Assembly (NCBI GenBank): GCA_009103225.1
Contig: RHPI01002990.1
Location: forward strand, 834,341 to 898,340
DNA length: 64,000 nucleotides
DNA from: Chlorokybus atmophyticus
Lineage: Eukaryota; Plantae; Mesostigma and Chlorokybus algae
Direction: 5' to 3'
Shown: positions 1 through 13,130 of the stretch, in pieces
Layout of the letters: every line of letters begins with the position of its first letter
Position numbering within the stretch: position 1 is the stretch's first letter
The notes under the pieces: model-generated
What the model saw: only the letters and a program-made list of their open reading frames with translations
What the model was told of the DNA's origin: nothing
Database searches by the model: none
Position numbers and translations under genes: made by a program

Positions 1-32
<32 letters not shown>
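1..32. repeat. (AT)n microsatellite, cut by the window edge
   Basis: ATATAT... runs from base 1 to 32. Confidence 0.95.
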
Positions 33-35
<3 letters not shown>

Positions 36-1329
36 CGAATTCAACAAGCGCTCATGATACATATGTGTATGTGTATTTATGTTACACATGTACGGTCATT
101 GTTTACAGTCATCTGACAAAGTGTAATACGGTATGTATGATTATGACCCGTGTAATAGCGTGCATCAATGAAGATTTGCAGGTTAGGATGAAAACCAACT
201 AACAAATGTATAAGTGCAATTGTGAACCCCCTTTATGATCTACTCTTCAGAAAATGGGAATGATTGATAAGCGATGCAGAGTGAAAAAGCATAGGAGGTA
301 ACAGCCCTGATATTGTATATATTTAAGCCATGTAACACAGTATTTCATCAATGAACAACTTACATATAATCTCAATCTTTTGTACATCGTGCACTACACA
401 TTAAACCAAATTAGCTGTGAGTAGGAGAGCTCAAATTACTATTGAATGGTGTATGTGAGATGTGTACAACAACATTATATGTGTGCTATATGCATCTGCA
501 TACAGCGTTATTACTTATGTTAATCAATAATCAACGCTCAATTCAGCATGGTGTTACACAACAAGTTCAATAAAAGTTAGATACTTATTTCAACAGCATT
601 TGCAATGCTAGTTTGCTGGTTAAGGCCCCATCATGTATAGTGTTATAACACGTGTTGTATAATCATTATAACATGCCGGCTACAAAGTGCAAAAAACATC
701 AAAGCTATTGCGCTTATAGCAAGCATATCATATGCTAATAGGGTTAGCGAACGTCAAATAAATAAATTTATAAAATGTAAAGAAATATATTTTGCTATCA
801 ATTGCATACGCACGTTATGATGTACGCTTATAATATGGCATGCGTATCGTACTTTGTGCTCTTAAAAAAAAATGGTAATGCATTTTAATACGTTTGCGTT
901 AAAAATAGTCATAAATTGATAGATAGGTTACACGTTGCGCAAACAATCTATTATAAACCCCAATAATAGCCAACAATGCTGGATGCCCTCGTGTTTAATT
1001 GAGAGCATCTTGTTATAAAGGCGTGGCTTCTACATAGCGGAGGAGATTACGTAATGCAATCGGACTACAATCCGCATTTATAGTACAGCCATGTGTGTAC
1101 TACACTCAATGCTGCCATTTAAACGCTTAACAGACGAAAGCGTTACAGAGGTTACCCGGGTATCAACAGCCTCTGAATGCATCTTGTTACCCATGTCTAC
1201 ATAATTATTAGTTGTAAACACTATTGGAAGATTACGATTTTTTCAAACCCGATTATGCTTCGCGTCTAATCGCACCTTTTGATCTAATATATCAGATTTA
1301 ACATCGGAGAACTTAACCTATTTCGTGTG

Positions 1330-1726
1330 CAGTCTGCCCCCGCTATAAGAGCCCTTGACCATACATATCCCCTGTAAGAAGAGCAAGTTCTCGTAACTCC
1401 GACGTGTATGGGGCAAATCTACCTCTAGTCAAGAGCGCTTGTTATAAGAGCGTTTAGAAATGCCGATTGCTCTTACAGCAAGAGCAGCTGTCATTACAGT
1501 CTGCTGACGTTGCGCTAATTAGGCAGCGCAGTATGCGCTGACAGTTGGCGTATAGGATTAGCTGACAACCCAATTGTCAAAAAGTCCACCGACAGTCGCC
1601 AAGTTTAGCTGGACCCTCTATGTAAGAGCAAATTAGGCTGGATGCTCTTATATCGGGTTAAGAGCCCCTTGGTATAAGAGCAAACAAGCGCTTTCCAAAC
1701 GCGGCTCTTATATCGAGGGCAGACTG
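1330..1726. mobile_element. MITE of pogo/Tc1-mariner type (~397 bp, non-coding)
   Basis: Left TIR CAGTCTGCCCCCGCTATAAGAGC (1330-1352); right TIR reverse complement CAGTCTGCCCTCGATATAAGAGC (1704-1726); 21/23 identical. Flanked by TG (left) and TA (right), consistent with a TA target duplication. TAAGAG/CTCTTA motifs recur internally. Confidence 0.75.
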
Positions 1727-4273
1727 TAAACTCATCCACTACCCACAGGTCACAAGACAGCGTCGCCCCCTCAAAGTCATCTTTTCTCATATGCATTGGT
1801 ACCGTATTTCATTGAATACAACCCTCCCACAACCCCCCCCCCNNNNNNNNNNNNNNNNNNNNNNNNNNNNNNNNNNNNNNNNNNNNNNNNNNNNNNNNNN
1901 NNNNNNGGGGGGGGGGGGTGTAAAAATGCTTTACGTTCAATTTGTCCTCTAGGACAACAGCCTCCATTGATTTGGGGGGATGATTTGTAGAGGGTTGTTA
2001 ATTAACGAGATACGGTAGTAATCTGGTTGCATTGCAATGCATCCGCGTAACGCGCACGTCGAGGTCTCACGCTGCGTGACTCAGCGTGAGACGGCTGCAC
2101 GCACCGTGACGTGGGTTGATGCGGACAGCGTGGCTGGTCTGACCTGTGACGACACACCTGCGGGCTTCCCGACAAAAAGCAGTGTCGTCCCCAAACACAG
2201 CCGCTGAGACCTCTCAGCATTGCGCCAGCTGGCAGAAACACTCGAGATGAAACCTTTGATTTGGCTAAGGTTGAAAGTCTGGGGGTTTACTAAGCCGGTT
2301 GGCCCCGTTTGATGAGCCCGCATTGGCGCTCGCACGTTGTATTGCTCTAACTAGTGACTGGGAGACGGTGTCTCGACGGCCGCTGCGAAGACGACGCGTT
2401 TATCGCAGCGCCCGGCAATATCCCGGTCACGGTCACAAAAGTCCTCTGCGGTACAGCCGCACTGGCATTGGCCACCTGGACGGGATGTTGACATGGAAGC
2501 GACCCGCCATTGCCACCAAAGGCGGGTCCCTTACGCGTGGGCTGCACGGGTCCCTCTAGAAACGTCGGGTAATGTTGGCGCCAACCGGTCGACGAGACCC
2601 CTTTTGTCGATTAGCGCACACGCCATGGCCATTGAGAGTTGCACACAGGTTGATGTGCCGTTGGTCGGAGCCGCAGTTATGAACCGGTCTAGAAGCCGGT
2701 TCTTTTTGCTTACGCAACAAGTAGAGCATCCACCGGTCCGCTGATGCGCTTGGACCGAGTGACCCAGTTACGGCGCGGAAAAGAACAATGATTGATGCCT
2801 GCGACCCCTGCCCTATGGATTACACTGCTCATCGCTGGTAACGTCACCCTCAACCCGAGCATCGCACATGGTACTGCCGCGGGAAGCAAACTGCCACACA
2901 GGAAGCTGCCACAGTTACGCAAGTCAGTTCTCCCCGGGTTCAAGCGACACTTCCTCGTTCCCCCCAACCCGTTAAACGACGCCATCCCGCGGTTAACTAG
3001 CCAAGGCTCCGCAGCTCTGGGTCTGCCGCGTACAAGGTTAAGCTCCAAGCCAGCTCAAAGACAACGGCAGATTTAACCAGTCGCGTGTTCTAATGTAGTA
3101 ACAAACTCGTTTAGGCTGGTCCATGCTGGCATGCAGCAGGCCCCTACGGAGGAGATGTAGGTCAAGTCCTTAATTGCACGCCTGCGGTGTCTGCCATTCC
3201 GGCACAGCACAGCAGCAGAGCGCAGCAGAGTGCAGCAGAGCAGCACTCGCGTGTATTTTTCCGTCTTCGGTAGTAGAGCCGTATACGGAAGCCTATACGG
3301 GCACGTTAGACGCCTTGTGATTGACGCGGCGGAAGGCAGCAGAGGAGGGGAGGCAGAAGTGCAGGAGGAGGCGGAGGAGGCGGCGGCGGCCGTGGTCGTG
3401 GAGGAGGCAGCCGGCGTTGGTGCCTCTGAAGCTAGGACCTTTCTCGAAGCTGCATGCTGTGCGGGCGGGTTGAAAGCAGCTGCCTTGGTAGCAGGAGGTG
3501 GTAGTTTCTGCTAGAACAAGCACGGTGGGCAGGTCGTTTTGGCCCTGCTGCTGAGGCCAGATTGCGTGAGTGGCCTCAAGCTGAGGTTGTAAGGGGTCGC
3601 GGAAGGCGGGCGGAGGCGGGGGTGCGGGACCGCCTGGCCAAGGCGGCAATGTCTGCAAGGAGGAGGCGCAGGGGAAGGTTGGGGAGATGATGACAGCAAC
3701 TGCTGCGAGGCTGGGTTGCTTGTCGAACACGCTAGCGGTTCCCCTTCCCCAGGACGACGCTGGGTCACGCAAGGCGGGACTGTGTGTCCATCAGCTGCAA
3801 GCGCCCCGCTGCGTTGCAAGCTGCAAAGTTTTGCGCCTCTTTTGAACTTTCTTTCCTCAAACGTACGTGCCCTTCTACTTCAATGCTTCAGCCTCAGCTG
3901 TGAATTCCTCTCTTACGCTTGTGATGTGATAGCTAGCCAGCATTTTGGTTTGCTGTTACGGTACTGGCATGTCGCCGTATCTCTGCTGCATGAGGATAAG
4001 CATGAAGCAATGCTGCACGCATACGGCTGCTGCTAATGCATGCAGTGTCCATGCTGCGTCCACCATCAGCAAGCTTGCCAGGGGCGTTTGTAGGGCCGGG
4101 TGTAGTTGCAGTGGCGTTGCTGTTGTTGCAGTTGTCGTGTTAGGACGAAACACAGCAAAAGTTGCAAGCGACTTGTTGGCTGCAGCATTGCATGGGTTGA
4201 CCCTCAGCATGCTTGCTTGCTGGTGTTGATGGCAGTCTAGGGCTTTTGCGGCCTCATCCCCATAACACACGGC

Positions 4274-5909
4274 ATGGCTGGGCGTGGAGGTCCGAGCGGG
4301 CAAGACACCACCTTAACCAAGGTGTTCGTTGGGGGTTTGGCGTGGGAGACGCAGACGGAAGCCCTGAGGAGGCACTTTGAGGTGTACGGGGAGATTGTGG
4401 AGGCAGCTGTCATCTCCGATAGGGTGACCGGTCGCAGCAAAGGCTACGGCTTCGTCACTTTCCGTGAGCAAGAAGCCGCCCGCCGTGCCGTTACCGACCC
4501 TTCTCCCGTTATTGACGGACGCAGGGCCAACTGCAACCTCGCAGCTGAAGGCCTCCGCCTTAGACAGCAGCAACAGCAGCGACCCCCACCCACGCCGACA
4601 ACACCTGGTGAGCTACGGTTTTGTCTTTTCTATGACTGTCACTCATTGCTGGTCTCCAGGATCTTTCTTAAACAATTTAGCTGTTGAACCATGCCAGCCA
4701 ACCTTCGAGAACATGTTGAAGCGTAGGCCAGCCAGCTAGTGAACACTGTAAGGGAGTTGCATGCGCTTACGTCTGCAAGTAGGCGCTAGTCACGAGCGAT
4801 GTGTTTAGTAGTCTAGCAGCTGCAGGAAGCATTGCCATTATCCGCGTATCCGCATCTATCCATCCATAGTTTGCATGGACCCTTAGAGCCACAGTGAAAC
4901 CAGCCTCAGTAGCCATGCTGATGGGTGAGTGGGGCCAAACTGATGTAAATGACAATGCGGCTGCAGGAGGAGGCTATGCCTTTCCTCCACCGGGAGCGTT
5001 TGGAGCCTACACCACGCCGCAGGGTTTATCCTACGGCCCATACATGTGAGTCAGCACAATGCCGAGGGGTCATGCATGCATAAGTCGCTCAGTGTGTGTC
5101 AAGACACCGCAGATCTTGCTGTAGAAGTTCAACCATATCAAGCAAGTTGTGCATACTTTGTAACTGTAACCTGCACTGTTGCAACAAGGTTGCCTAGCAT
5201 GCGGATGTACCGCTGGGCAATGTGCCAGAGTGCTAAGTATGTAGGCGAGCTTGTAACCTTTCGCGGTGTTGCACAGGTTTGGCCAGCACTACAGCGGCTA
5301 TCCAGGGTTTGCACAGCAGGTATGCCTCACAACACGGAATGTCAACTGTTGATCTCCGTTTGAACAGGTGCAGTAAGAGCATGTTAACTTCATGCATGCG
5401 GCAAGTTCTAAGCGCAGCCAGACCAATCTGTGCCTTGGCCTCATGCATCACAAGCATATACGCTGATACGCTGTCTTGGTTGGACACGCAGCCAGGGGCT
5501 ACCGGAGCGGAACCAGTCTACTCAATACCTTACGACCCTGCTGTACTTCAGCGGCTGCCATACGACCCAGCTGTTGTTTATCGGGTATGTTTGTGCCTTA
5601 GCAGAGTTCGCATCAGCGTGCCTGGCGCGCCCAATCACATTGCTAGCTGCATTGCTGTCATGCCAGTTGTTATACACTGCTACTGCATTGCAGGGCGCAG
5701 TAACCTATTCTCCCTACGCTATAAACCCCTATGCACAGCAGCCGCACTCGGCACAGCAGCAGCCTTTTGCATGGCACGCGCAGCAGCAAGCAGCCTCATG
5801 GCATTCGCAGGCTCCTGCTGGCCCAGCGGAAGAAGTGCTGCAGCCGCAGCCGCAGCCGCGCAGCTCGCAAACACGATTTGGCGGTGCATCGGCTTCCCCG
5901 TCCGGATAA
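4274..5909 (+). CDS. Single-RRM RNA-binding protein (ARP1/RBM24/RBM38-like) with Y/Q/P-rich tail; about 5 exons
   Basis: DTTLTKVFVGGLAWET (RNP2) and SKGYGFVTF (RNP1), then IDGRRANCNLA. Phase-compatible exons 4274-4607, 4967-5045, 5277-5319, 5492-5584, 5694-5909. Confidence 0.9.
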
Positions 5910-6988
5910 ACCGAGTCCCCTGCACTGCCATTGCTCAGGTCCCCGCAACGCGGTTGTTGAGTGCATGGCAGCTCCAGTCCGACTGTACATGAAGGCATTG
6001 CATGGGGACCAACACATCACTGGTAGGTATCTGGAGGGCACAGTAGGGTAGGCGCAGTCAGTCGCAGTTACAGGAGGCGGGAGAGTGCTTTCATCTACAC
6101 GTGTGGTGGCTTGTGCACTTAGAGCAGCAAGTACACATTCATATGTACCCTCATGTTGACCCTTCCTCCCATACTCAGCAGCAGTTTGGACATGCATGCG
6201 CCTGCAAGTGTCCGGTGATTAGCGTTCAGGTCAGTATTCCTCCAATTGTTAGTTTCAGCTTGTCAGTTTTCATGGGGCGCGGCGGGTTGCGAGTGCTAGT
6301 TTTGTTTAGTTAGTTGTAGCACTCCCTGCTAGTAAGAAAGCTTTGCAGTAGTTCGCCTTGTTGCTGCGAAAATGTTGTCTGGACGGTTGCATGGACTTGT
6401 TGCTGCCAAGGCACACAACTGCCAGCTGATTATGAATTGCGCTCAGTCCGCTGCGCTCAGATTCAGGCTGGTGCTTACTCTTGTGCCATCACACAGCCAT
6501 GGCTGTTGGCTGCGTACAACCGTGCAACAAATTGTATGCACAACTTGTTGCACGCTTGGTCAACATCTTGTGCATACACACTGCTGACTGTGCATGTCAC
6601 CATGCATGTGCATTGCTGTTTCGCATTGTTTGCACATGGGGTGCTGGTTGGCTGCTGTACAGCTTGCTTTGCGGCCCCTCTACTCTAGCCCAGGTTGTGT
6701 GCGCATAAGATAAGAAAGGTCTAGTCTTCAGCAGTATGCTCTGCCACAGTTTGACAAAGGTGCACTTCACCCACTGCGCTTCAACGCACTGTCGAGTTTC
6801 TACCTTTTGCAAACCATGCAAGGCGCTTCATCGCTTTGGTGCGGCTAAGACTCTCTCATATGGATTGGGCATAGCACAGACAAAGTGTAAGGTGTGCCCT
6901 GACGTACACAGAGTTTGTGCGTCGCGTCACTGCTTGTAGCCGCTGGTTGACATTGCTTGGGACAGCAGCGGGTTGTAAGCAGGCTGAT

Positions 6989-7013
6989 CAGGCCAGGCCA
7001 GGCCAGGCCAGGC
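6989..7013. repeat. (CAGGC)5 tandem repeat upstream of the SERAC1-like gene
   Basis: caggccaggccaggccaggccaggc read directly. Confidence 0.9.
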
Positions 7014-7169
7014 TGAAGCTGCGGCCAGGACTGCCTTCATAGCTCAGCCTGGCTGACATGCACTATCGGCGCTGGTCTGGAGGTGGGCGCACGGCGGGCC
7101 AGTTGGGAAGCGGTGGCGGAGGCAGCGGGAGGGTTGGCCAGGGAGCTGCCCGGGCTGTTAGGGTAGCTC

Positions 7170-10100
7170 ATGCTGCTGCGGCGAGCAGCCTGGTGGAGTC
7201 TGGTGGCCACAACAACACCCACAGCGCAGGCTGCTAGTGCTGCGTCAAGGGGGGCGAAAACCCTTGGTCGTAAGCATGCTGGGGACAACAGCAACAGCAG
7301 GCGGCGCTGCTCGACTTCAGCTGCACCTGCTTGTAGCGCCGCTGCTTCTCCCGCAGTTGGATCAGCAACAACGGTTGCTGACCCAATTGCAGGAAGCAGC
7401 AGCGCAAGCAAAACTCGCCGCCTCTACTCTGTGCTGCGAGCTTCCACAGCAGGTCTTGCAGGAGGCGCTGTCGTTGGAGCAGGTCGGTTACCTATGTTGC
7501 AGCTTCATGTTCTTTGTTTCATGGTAACAGTCAAGCATGCAGATCGGTGACTGTTGCGGTGCTTTCCTAAATCAATGATTGTATGAATAGAATGGTCCTC
7601 TTCAACAATAAGTTTGCTGCAGGTTGTGATTGGTGCAACAGATTTGTTGATTGCCATCGCAGTTGGTTGTTGCCATTAGGACAGTACCGCAGGGTATGAG
7701 CCACGCGTCGTATTTGTGCAGTTGATTGCTTGACAAGAAACCTTTATATAAAATAACTTCCAAGTTGGTTTGCACTACTAGCAGCTGTTGCACAATCACC
7801 AGCATGCACGTGTATTGACGGATATGGCAGCCACTTAATCATGGTGACAGCACAACAAACCCTGAACAAGTCAGGACTGTGCAGTTTGATTGAATTCATC
7901 ATTGTTGATATGCTATGTAAGTTACGGTGCAATTCAACATACAACGGAGCCTGCAGAAGTATGTCACATTGAGCGCAAGCCTTGCAAAGTCATATGGACG
8001 CTGTAACTTCACTTCAGTGAAGTTGTCGGTTGCTGCACAGGTTTGGCTGCTGCAGCATGGCCGGGGAGCGACACGGCTGTGGCCAGGTGGATGACAAAGG
8101 CGTTGGAGGCAAGGACGGCTGCGGCCACGCTCTCGCGCTGCTTACTTGCAGTGCTGTGGACGCCCAACGATCACCCCGATGACGAGAATTACCACTGGTG
8201 GGCCGTCAACGTGGCCGCCACCCTCGCCGACTTGGCCGCAAATGACCGCCGTCGCTTCGCCGTGGCTGCCACCGCACGTGGGCAGGCCATCGACTGGCTG
8301 CTTGATGCTGTGTCCTCTTCGCAGTCTCAGGTACAACCACCAACAATATGAACTGCTCGGTGAAATTGCCAGCTAGCTGACGCATTGTTGGCAGGCAGTT
8401 CGTGCTGAAGCCGCTCGAGCGCTGTCCTACATGCTCGATGATGCAAAGCTGTCCAGCACGGTGTTGGCCAGATCTGAAGCGGTTCCAAGGCTGCTGTCGG
8501 CTCTTAAACAGGTGCAATTGGTCAGATATTTCTATATGCACTCAACAGTTCGTAGGCAATCACTTTGTATGTATCACTCAGCTTCGTGTCGAGTAGCATA
8601 CCAGAGTCGTATGCATGCTTCTCGCAGTGTCAATTATTGATAAAGCAAGAGGCTGATAGTAGTTGCAGGAGACGAGCTCTGTGACACCGCTTCCAGTGGC
8701 GCTGACGTTCATCACAGGGACGCCCTCCAGCGCACACAGGTTGCCGAGCAAGTGCACCGCATCGGATGTGAAGGCCGTCGTGGAGGTGCTCAAGCAGGAC
8801 GCGGGCGCGGTTGGGAGGGACGCCCGCCAGATGGCAGCGTGGGCACTGGCGGCATGGGCCGAAGGGTCCCGCATCAATCGCCGTACCATCAAAGATGATG
8901 CGCAGGATCTAAGCAATGCTCTTGTGCACTCAACCACCAATGGAGAACGCACTGTGCGGTGGCATGCGGCCCGGGCCATGGCTGCACTCGCCCAAGATGA
9001 CAAGGCTGAGTACGTTTATGCGTGACATGGCCACGTTGTTGGGTTGTAAACCCACTATCCAGGCTGCGACTACAAACACGCTATGTACGTTTGCAGGACA
9101 CCCTTTTCGTTTAATGGTTGGGTGGACCCCCTAATAAGCATGGCCACCGCTGCCTCAGCTGCTTTGGACATGCGCTCCGTTCGTGCCGCATTGGATGCTT
9201 TAACGGCTTGCATACGGGCGGACGCAGCTGCACGCGCTATGTTGTGCAGTGACAGGCGACTTGCGCAACTGCTGCAGCTTGCAAACAGCAGCGAGGTGAA
9301 GACTTGAAAAAACAACGGACTTGTGTGACTCATGTGACTTATAGACTAGAACAATGGACTCATATCATACGAGTCGTATAACTGATATGACTCATATACA
9401 AACTACTTGCACTACTGTCACTGTATTGTGTGCTGCAGACAGTTGAGCATCATGATACGGCTGTGATGAGAGGGTGCATGCTGTGCAGGACCTATCTGTT
9501 CAGCAAGCAATCGCATGCGCTGTGGCAGCGCTAGCGGCAGATGAGGACGGTCTCCAAGCTATTTACAGAGAGCCTTGGGTGCCGGTCAGTTTACGTTGTT
9601 CCAGTTGCAGCTTGTACTGTGGACGTGTATTTCAAGAGGAAAGAGATCATTACTCTTGCTTGCATGCACCAACATGTCGCGGTCACAGGTGCTGTTGCAG
9701 TGGGCTTGTAAAGAAGGTCACGCCGAACAAACTCGCAACTCTGCCACCAGTGTACTGGCACGCATTGCAAACATTCCTGGGATTGCCGGGTATGTGCGCT
9801 GGGGGTTGTACACAGCAGTTCAATGTGCACACCTGAACCTGGTTCTGTTCTGTGTGTGCACAGGAATGCAGTCGTGCATGCATGGTTGGCTCAGTTGCTG
9901 TTGGCGTTGGCAACCCCTGACAGTTCTGTTCCCGCCAAAAACCGGACCCTTGAAGCACAGGTTCGGTGGACTTGCTGGATGCTTCAACTTGTGCCTTTTG
10001 TTCCGTTGAATGTTGAGCTAGCTAAGCCTTTATCTCCATGGCAGGGTCAGGCACAGGCAAGCGTGGCAGCCGCACAGCTTGCTGCAGTTGCTGCAGCGCT

Positions 10101-12549
10101 GGCAGCTGATGCAGTTCGTGGCGACACAAACAATGGAGAGTTTGCTCCAACGTCATCAGAACCCAGCCCTGATCTGGGACTTGAACGAAAAAAAGATGGC
10201 TGGTTTCGCTCATTGCGTTCCACTACCAGAGTTGATCCTGCCAACACTGCAAAAGTCGCAGCCAACGCTCTGAAGGTCAGCAAACCTCGTTTTGATAGGC
10301 TGCCTGATGTCCTGCCCTGCGTGTGCCATCACTGGTTGTCAACTGCTTTCTCTGCGTGCTCTAGGCCATGGCGGCACTTGTCGCAAGCAGCGACTCAAAG
10401 CAGCAGCGCATCATTCAGTTGGGAGGTGTGTACTTGCTTAGGAGACTTCTGCTGTCGGATGATATAAATCTGGTTGGCTTCCGCTCGGAGCCAAAGGATA
10501 AGGTTTGAATTGTCTCAGCAACCCTCAAATGAGAACAGTATGGACAATTGGCGTATCGGTATCAACTTTCTTGTGGTGTTGTCAGGTCCGTAGGCAGGCA
10601 GCTCGCGTATTGGCGATGGTGGCGGCTCAGCCCGGTGCTCGAGCCGCGATCTGTAATGACGTAGTGTTGTGCGACTGGCTTGAAGCGTGTGCAGACGGTC
10701 GTCAGCAGGCCTCCAACGAGGACAGGAAGTTCCGCAGTTCTGCGAGAAGGGTCCTCTGGAATGTTGCAACGGGGCAGCGGGACTCGCGAGTTGTGTATCG
10801 TGACGGCATTCACCTCCTCGACCCGCAATCACCGCATCACTACGTACTGCGCCGTGACAACCATGGCTCCACAATTGTGATGTATGAACTTGCCAAACGC
10901 TATCTGGCCCTCAATGTGTCATCCACATAAAACCTGCTTGGAATAGTGCTCTCATCAGGAGGGCAAGCTATGCTAGTCACAAGCAAGCAAGCACTTCACC
11001 CTATCAGGTATCGACGCGCGGGGGAGGAGCCGGACATCGACTTAGTGTTCGTGCATGGTTTGCTGGGTGGTGCTTTCAAAACGTGGCGCATCAGAGACGA
11101 TTGCAAGGGCGGCGGCATGGACACCTGTTGGCCTGCCGATTGGATGGCCAAAGACCTTCCATCGGTTCGCTTCTTGTCTCTAAAACACAGCGTGAGTTGT
11201 GCAAGTTTATATCTGAGTTGGTGTGAAATAAGGCCCACTGGTCACATGCCTGGAGCTGTACATACGAGCATACCACACTTGCTTACACAGCTAGTGAGTC
11301 CTTTCAATAAATGCAACTCGTCCGAAGCTGTTCATGGCAAAGGTGGTCTGTCATTGGTTTGATCTCACCTGTTTCACAGACTAGCTTGTCAGAGTGGACT
11401 GGAGCTGCTTTACCGCTTGAGGTATGCATGCGGTCGTAATCCATAACGTCCTGCCTTTCAAACATGTGTGGTAATAACGCTTGTTTTTGTCCCTGTCGTT
11501 GCAATTGCAGCAAATAGGGCGCCACCTACTAGAGGTGTTGGTAGCCGCAGGTGTTGGCGATCGGCCTGTTCTCTTCGTGACACACTCCATGGGCGGACTT
11601 GTTGCCAAGCAGATCCTTAAGCTCGCACTGGCTGATCCGCAGTACAAGCAACTTGCTGACAACCTAAAGGGCATGGTATGCCTCTAGCAGCCCCCAACCT
11701 CAACAGCTGGTATGCATGTTGTCATGTCTCATGTTTCCTTGCCCCGTTATTGCAGGTGTTCTACACGTGTCCTCATTTTGGAAGCCGTCTCGCCCACGTG
11801 CCATGGGGCATGGCGTATGTCCTGCGTCCTGCGCCTTCAGTCAACGAGCTCAGGCGTAACAACCCCGTTCATGATGACCTCAACAAGATCCTACGCACTC
11901 GCCACAGCTCAGGCAAAATTAACATTCTCAGCTTTGCAGAGGTGAATTGATTGCACAAGCCATCCTTGTGCTTGTAACCTTGTGGTTACAACCTTGCGGT
12001 GACAAGTAAAACATTTTTTCCTGCATCAGTCCTCATCATTATGCGCGCAGGGCAAAACCACCAAGCTGTTAGAGACATATGGTGGCGTTGCGGTTTGGGC
12101 TGAGATTGTGCCTTTGGAGTCTGCGTACCCGGGCTTTGGGGAGTTCATTGTACTGCCCGATGCTGATCACGTCAACGCATGCAAACCGTGCACGCGTGAA
12201 GATGTGACGTGAGTTTCAAGCTTGTACAGGATATGCGCGAGACAATTGGCGACATGCATGACATCACAACAGCATCGCATACCAACCAGCATGCAAACAC
12301 AGTCATATATACCTGTGTCGGTTGGTATTGTCACTTGTGTTGTAATATGTTCTGCACCTGCGCTGCAGGTATGCTAAGGTGTTGGAGCTTGTGAAGCAGC
12401 AGTTGCAGCAGGTTGCACCCGTACCAGATGTTGAGAAGCAGTCCAAAGTCGCGCAAGCCAGTGGTGAAAATGAGGCGCGTATATCCCCTGTTGATGCAGA
12501 TCATGTTGATGTGCAGCAGGCTGACAGCAACGCCACATCGACTGCTTGA
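7170..12549 (+). CDS. SERAC1: SERAC1-like protein: armadillo-like repeats plus C-terminal alpha/beta hydrolase; multi-exon
   Basis: Exons encode DIDLVFVHGLLGGAFKTWR, CWPADW, RPVLFVTHSMGGLVAKQIL (nucleophile elbow), VFYTCPHFGS, EIVPLESAYPGFGEF and DADHVNACKP. Upstream exons are ARM-like (VRRQAARVLAMVA, WHAARAMAALA). Last exon ends ATSTA-TGA at 12549. Start codon is tentative. Confidence 0.85.
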
Positions 12550-13130
12550 GCCTGTGTACTTGTATTATTTTTTGCCAAGCATTGGTGGCTTACCGGATCG
12601 CTGGATGTTCACATGTGACTTGTGCTTGTTTCTCAACGCTTGAGTGACATTCCCAATGCAAAGGCTTACATGGACAACCTCACACCTTGCTGATCTGATT
12701 GTCATGAACACCTCAGATGAGCTTTGGCCAGTGTACGGCACAGCAAAAACACATCATCTGTACTCAAGTTCGCCAGCGACTGAATGTCCGCACCCAACCT
12801 CTGACCATCACCGGCCAGTTTTGTTGTTGCACCCATTCACGCGATTGTGAACTTACAGTATGTTGCTTACAAACCAAGGTATGGTATGGTCGAGCTATGC
12901 AAGACTACAGCCAGTAGAAGATGCGCTCCAGAACAGCAACAGTGGAAAGTGTTTGATCAGTTTTCCATTAAACCATCAAGCTTCGGATAAAGACTCCTCT
13001 GCATGCCTACCCATATCATGCAGTCTGCCTGTGTATACTGTACACTCTGAACCGTGCTAAGTGCCCATCTCGTTTCTTCGCCTGCTGCTGCACCTCTGAG
13101 CAGTGACAGTCTGCCGTGCAGAACAGCCGC

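Noticed and set aside
2825-2860. LLIAGNVTLNPS resembles the 2A-like D(V/I)ExNPGP motif found in some LINE ORFs
   Set aside because: It lacks the essential D, E and terminal GP, and no endonuclease or RT follows.
3230-3819. Overlapping A/E-rich and P-rich ORFs upstream of the RRM gene
   Set aside because: GC-rich low-complexity sequence with no consistent splice chain or family motif; probably promoter or UTR.
4895-4924. Possible 30-nt in-frame micro-exon in the RRM gene (VKPASVAMLM)
   Set aside because: It would need a 42-nt intron, shorter than the others seen here; unsupported without RNA data.
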